Shown here in pieces: positions 39,591 to 41,651 of a stretch of 41,651 bases of DNA. The translations under genes were made by a program, and so were the position numbers. Origin of the DNA: Chloroflexota bacterium (GTDB lineage: Bacteria; Chloroflexota; Limnocylindria; Limnocylindrales; CSP1-4); assembly GCA_013815585.1 (NCBI GenBank), contig JACDFU010000003.1, positions 1 to 41,651 on the forward strand, in the 5' to 3' direction. Within the stretch, counting starts at the first letter, position 1; every line of letters starts with the position of its first letter. A model generated the notes under the pieces. The model was not told where the DNA came from. It made no database searches and saw only the letters and a program-made list of their open reading frames with translations.

Positions 39591-41237
39591 CTACCGGTCT
39601 GCGGTCCAGCGATTGCCCCGCTGGCGAAGCCGGACCACGACGCCCTCGTTGGACCCGAGCTCGAGCCGTCGGAGGTCCACGGCACCCGGACGACGAGCGG
39701 GATCGGTCGACAGCTCGAGCCGCGCCGGCTCCGTCGCCGCCAGCGAGCCAAGCCGGAGCCGCCGTGGAGTCTCGGAGAAGTTCAGTGCGATCAGCAGCCG
39801 TTCCCCCGGCGCTTCCCGAAGGAAGGCGAACACCGTTCGAGAGGAGCCGATAGCCTGGAAACGGCCCCAGCGGAGTGCTGCGGAGCTTCGGCGGAACCAG
39901 GACAGCCGCCGGGTGAAGCTGAGCATGGAAGCGGGGTCGTCACGTTGGCGCTCCACGTTCACCGTGCCGGAGTCCGGTCCAATGGGCAGCCACGGGCTGC
40001 CGCTGGTAAACCCTGCGCCATCAGACGAGTCCCACTGCATTGGTGTTCGCTCGGGGTCGCGGCCGTCGACATCCACGACCCGATCCGCTGGCACCGGCAC
40101 ATCAGTCATGGCGATCTCCTCGCCGTAATAGATGAACGGCGTTCCGCGAAGTGTGAGCAACATCATCATCGCGACCCGTGCACGCCCGGGACCGTAACGG
40201 CTCGCGGCACGCGGCCGGTCGTGGTTGGAGAGCGTGTAGTTCGGCCAGGTTCCCTCGGGCAGGGCGGCCTCGAACTCGGCCACTGCCCGGCGGAAGGCGC
40301 CCGCCTTCCAGGGCTGCTGCATGAAGTGGAAGTAGAACGACAGGTGGAGCTCGTCGTTCCTGCCGTAGTAGCGGACCAGGCGGCGGGCCGGATCGTTGCT
40401 CACCTCGCCCACTGCCATGTGGTCGCCAGACGCGTCGAGCAGCTTGCGCCAGTGACGGTGGATCTCGTGGACGTCGGGGAGCCCCCAGTAGCGAGGCCAC
40501 CTGCGGCGGGCGCCGGATGCGGTCGGTTCCTCGCGCAAGCGGGGGTCGTGGACGAGCGCGGCCGCCACGTCGACGCGGAACCCGTCCGCGCCGCGATCCA
40601 ACCAGAAGCGCATGACCTCGTCCATTGCGGTCCGAACCTCCGGGTTCCACCAGTTGAGGTCCGGCTGCTGGGGGAGGAAGAGGTGGAGGTAGTACTGCCC
40701 TGTCGCCTTGTCAAGCGTCCAGGCAGGTCCGACGGGCTTGAAGACGCTGCGCCAGCCGTTGGGCGGCGAGCCGTCGGGCTTCGGGTCCGCCCACACGTAC
40801 CAGTCCCGCTTGGGGTTATGCAGGCTCGAGCGCGCCTCCTGGAACCAGGGGTGCTGGTCGGAGGTGTGGTTGGGGACGAGATCCACGATGACGCGGATGC
40901 CGCGCTCGTGCGCCTGGCCCAGAAGCTCGTCGAAATCGTGAAGTGTGCCGAAGCGCGGGTCCACATCCCGGTAGTCCGCGACGTCGTAGCCGAAGTCAGC
41001 CATCGGCGAGCGATAGAAGGGCGAGATCCAGATGGCGTCGATGCCCAGGGAGCCGGGCGTGCCGTCGTTCAGGTGGTTGAGCCGCGCCGTGATGCCGGGC
41101 AGGTCCCCCACGCCGTCGCCATCGGAGTCCTGGAAGCTGCGCGGATAGATCTGGTAGAACACCCCGTGGCGCCACCAGGATCCCCGCTCGCCGTCCGGAT
41201 CGCGATGCCGCGCGCGAGCGAGGTCGGAGGCAGCCAA
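39591..41237 (-). CDS. GH13 alpha-glucosidase / oligo-1,6-glucosidase-type alpha-amylase family enzyme
   Basis: Motifs: [41 protein letters not shown] (nucleophile), GEV (acid/base) and SNHD. The start is set at TTG 41237 (GGAG 8 nt upstream), because the tracked 5' extension overlaps the neighbouring gene. Confidence 0.9.
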   Translation of the reverse strand: MAASDLARARHRDPDGERGSWWRHGVFYQIYPRSFQDSDGDGVGDLPGITARLNHLNDGTPGSLGIDAIWISPFYRSPMADFGYDVADYRDVDPRFGTLHDFDELLGQAHERGIRVIVDLVPNHTSDQHPWFQEARSSLHNPKRDWYVWADPKPDGSPPNGWRSVFKPVGPAWTLDKATGQYYLHLFLPQQPDLNWWNPEVRTAMDEVMRFWLDRGADGFRVDVAAALVHDPRLREEPTASGARRRWPRYWGLPDVHEIHRHWRKLLDASGDHMAVGEVSNDPARRLVRYYGRNDELHLSFYFHFMQQPWKAGAFRRAVAEFEAALPEGTWPNYTLSNHDRPRAASRYGPGRARVAMMMLLTLRGTPFIYYGEEIAMTDVPVPADRVVDVDGRDPERTPMQWDSSDGAGFTSGSPWLPIGPDSGTVNVERQRDDPASMLSFTRRLSWFRRSSAALRWGRFQAIGSSRTVFAFLREAPGERLLIALNFSETPRRLRLGSLAATEPARLELSTDPARRPGAVDLRRLELGSNEGVVVRLRQRGNRWTADR

Positions 41238-41268
41238 TCGTGAGGCTCCGGGTCGCGCGGTGAGCCGA

Positions 41269-41651
41269 CTAGAAGGACTTCGACGGAGGCGTGCTGGAGT
41301 GGCGGGCCACGACCTGCCAGCGGCCATCGCGTCGGATCCAGACGTCCGTAAGCATGAACGTGCCGTCCCAGGGCTGACCGTCCACGGACGCCTGCTGAGA
41401 CATTCGAGACCTGACGACCGCCGCGTCACCAAACTCGTTTATAACGAAGTCCTCATAGTGAAACGACTCGTTTGTGGCACGGGTCATCGCCGCCGCCAGC
41501 CACTCCTCCCGCATCATCAACCGGTCGCTACGGGCGCTGGTGAGGGTGAATTCGGGGGCCCAGGATCTTCTCCAGCGCGTCGCGATCTCGGCGCCGCCAG
41601 GCGTCCATCCAGCTGTGCTGGAGATCGATCAGCTCCCCCGCGCTGCCGGCC
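41269..41651 (-). pseudogene. SnoaL/NTF2-like DUF4440-type gene, 5'-partial at the window edge, interrupted by a 1-nt frameshift in a G5/C5 run (41554-41558)
   Basis: The upstream frame reads GELIDLQHSWMDAWRRRDRDALEKILGP and then hits a stop. The downstream frame reads EFTLTSARSDRLMMREEW...VWIRRDGRWQVVARH. Removing one C from the CCCCC run joins them into a typical DUF4440 sequence. A sequencing error cannot be excluded. Confidence 0.55.

Overview
Very GC-rich, gene-dense chromosomal segment with about 38 supportable genes, most on the minus strand. The host looks like a rod-shaped, monoderm-type high-GC bacterium (Actinomycetota- or Chloroflexota-like); the taxon cannot be fixed from this window. 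No transposase, integrase, CRISPR array or rRNA is visible.

Left part (0.3-7.7 kb): chrA, tRNA-Pro(UGG), an LCP-family ligase, and a tightly coupled minus-strand string of parvulin PPIase, mazG, rph and rdgB.

Centre (7.9-22.2 kb): a cell-wall glycopolymer locus that appears ABC-transporter dependent.
- It holds a GT-C (ArnT/PMT-like) transferase, wecB, four GT4 transferases, a WbpA/Cap5O-like UDP-HexNAc 6-dehydrogenase, a Wzm/Wzt-type ABC exporter and a polyprenol-phosphate-mannose-synthase-like GT2.
- One GT4 carries a coiled-coil C-terminal extension.
- An unusual tail-anchored protein built from 15-16 aa repeats sits in the same locus.

22.2-27.7 kb: two large secreted proteins that share FlgD-Ig-like modules. 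One is a GH18/Fn3-like/SH3b giant. The other has an N-terminal domain whose Gly-His-Gly and Cys motifs suggest a caspase-fold (clan CD) peptidase.

Right part (27.7-41.7 kb):
- A LysM protein preceded by a candidate c-di-AMP (ydaO-type) riboswitch.
- glsB-like, mreC and mreB, a second LCP paralogue, and radC.
- An uncharacterised four-gene membrane/zinc-ribbon/CPBP-protease operon, preceded by a 363-nt spacer carrying three related palindromes.
- guaA, a GH13 alpha-glucosidase, and a frameshifted DUF4440-like gene running off the right edge.

A recurring TAGACT box lies 6-7 nt upstream of three start codons, which suggests leaderless transcription. All functional calls come from reading motifs in the supplied translations. 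No database search was run.
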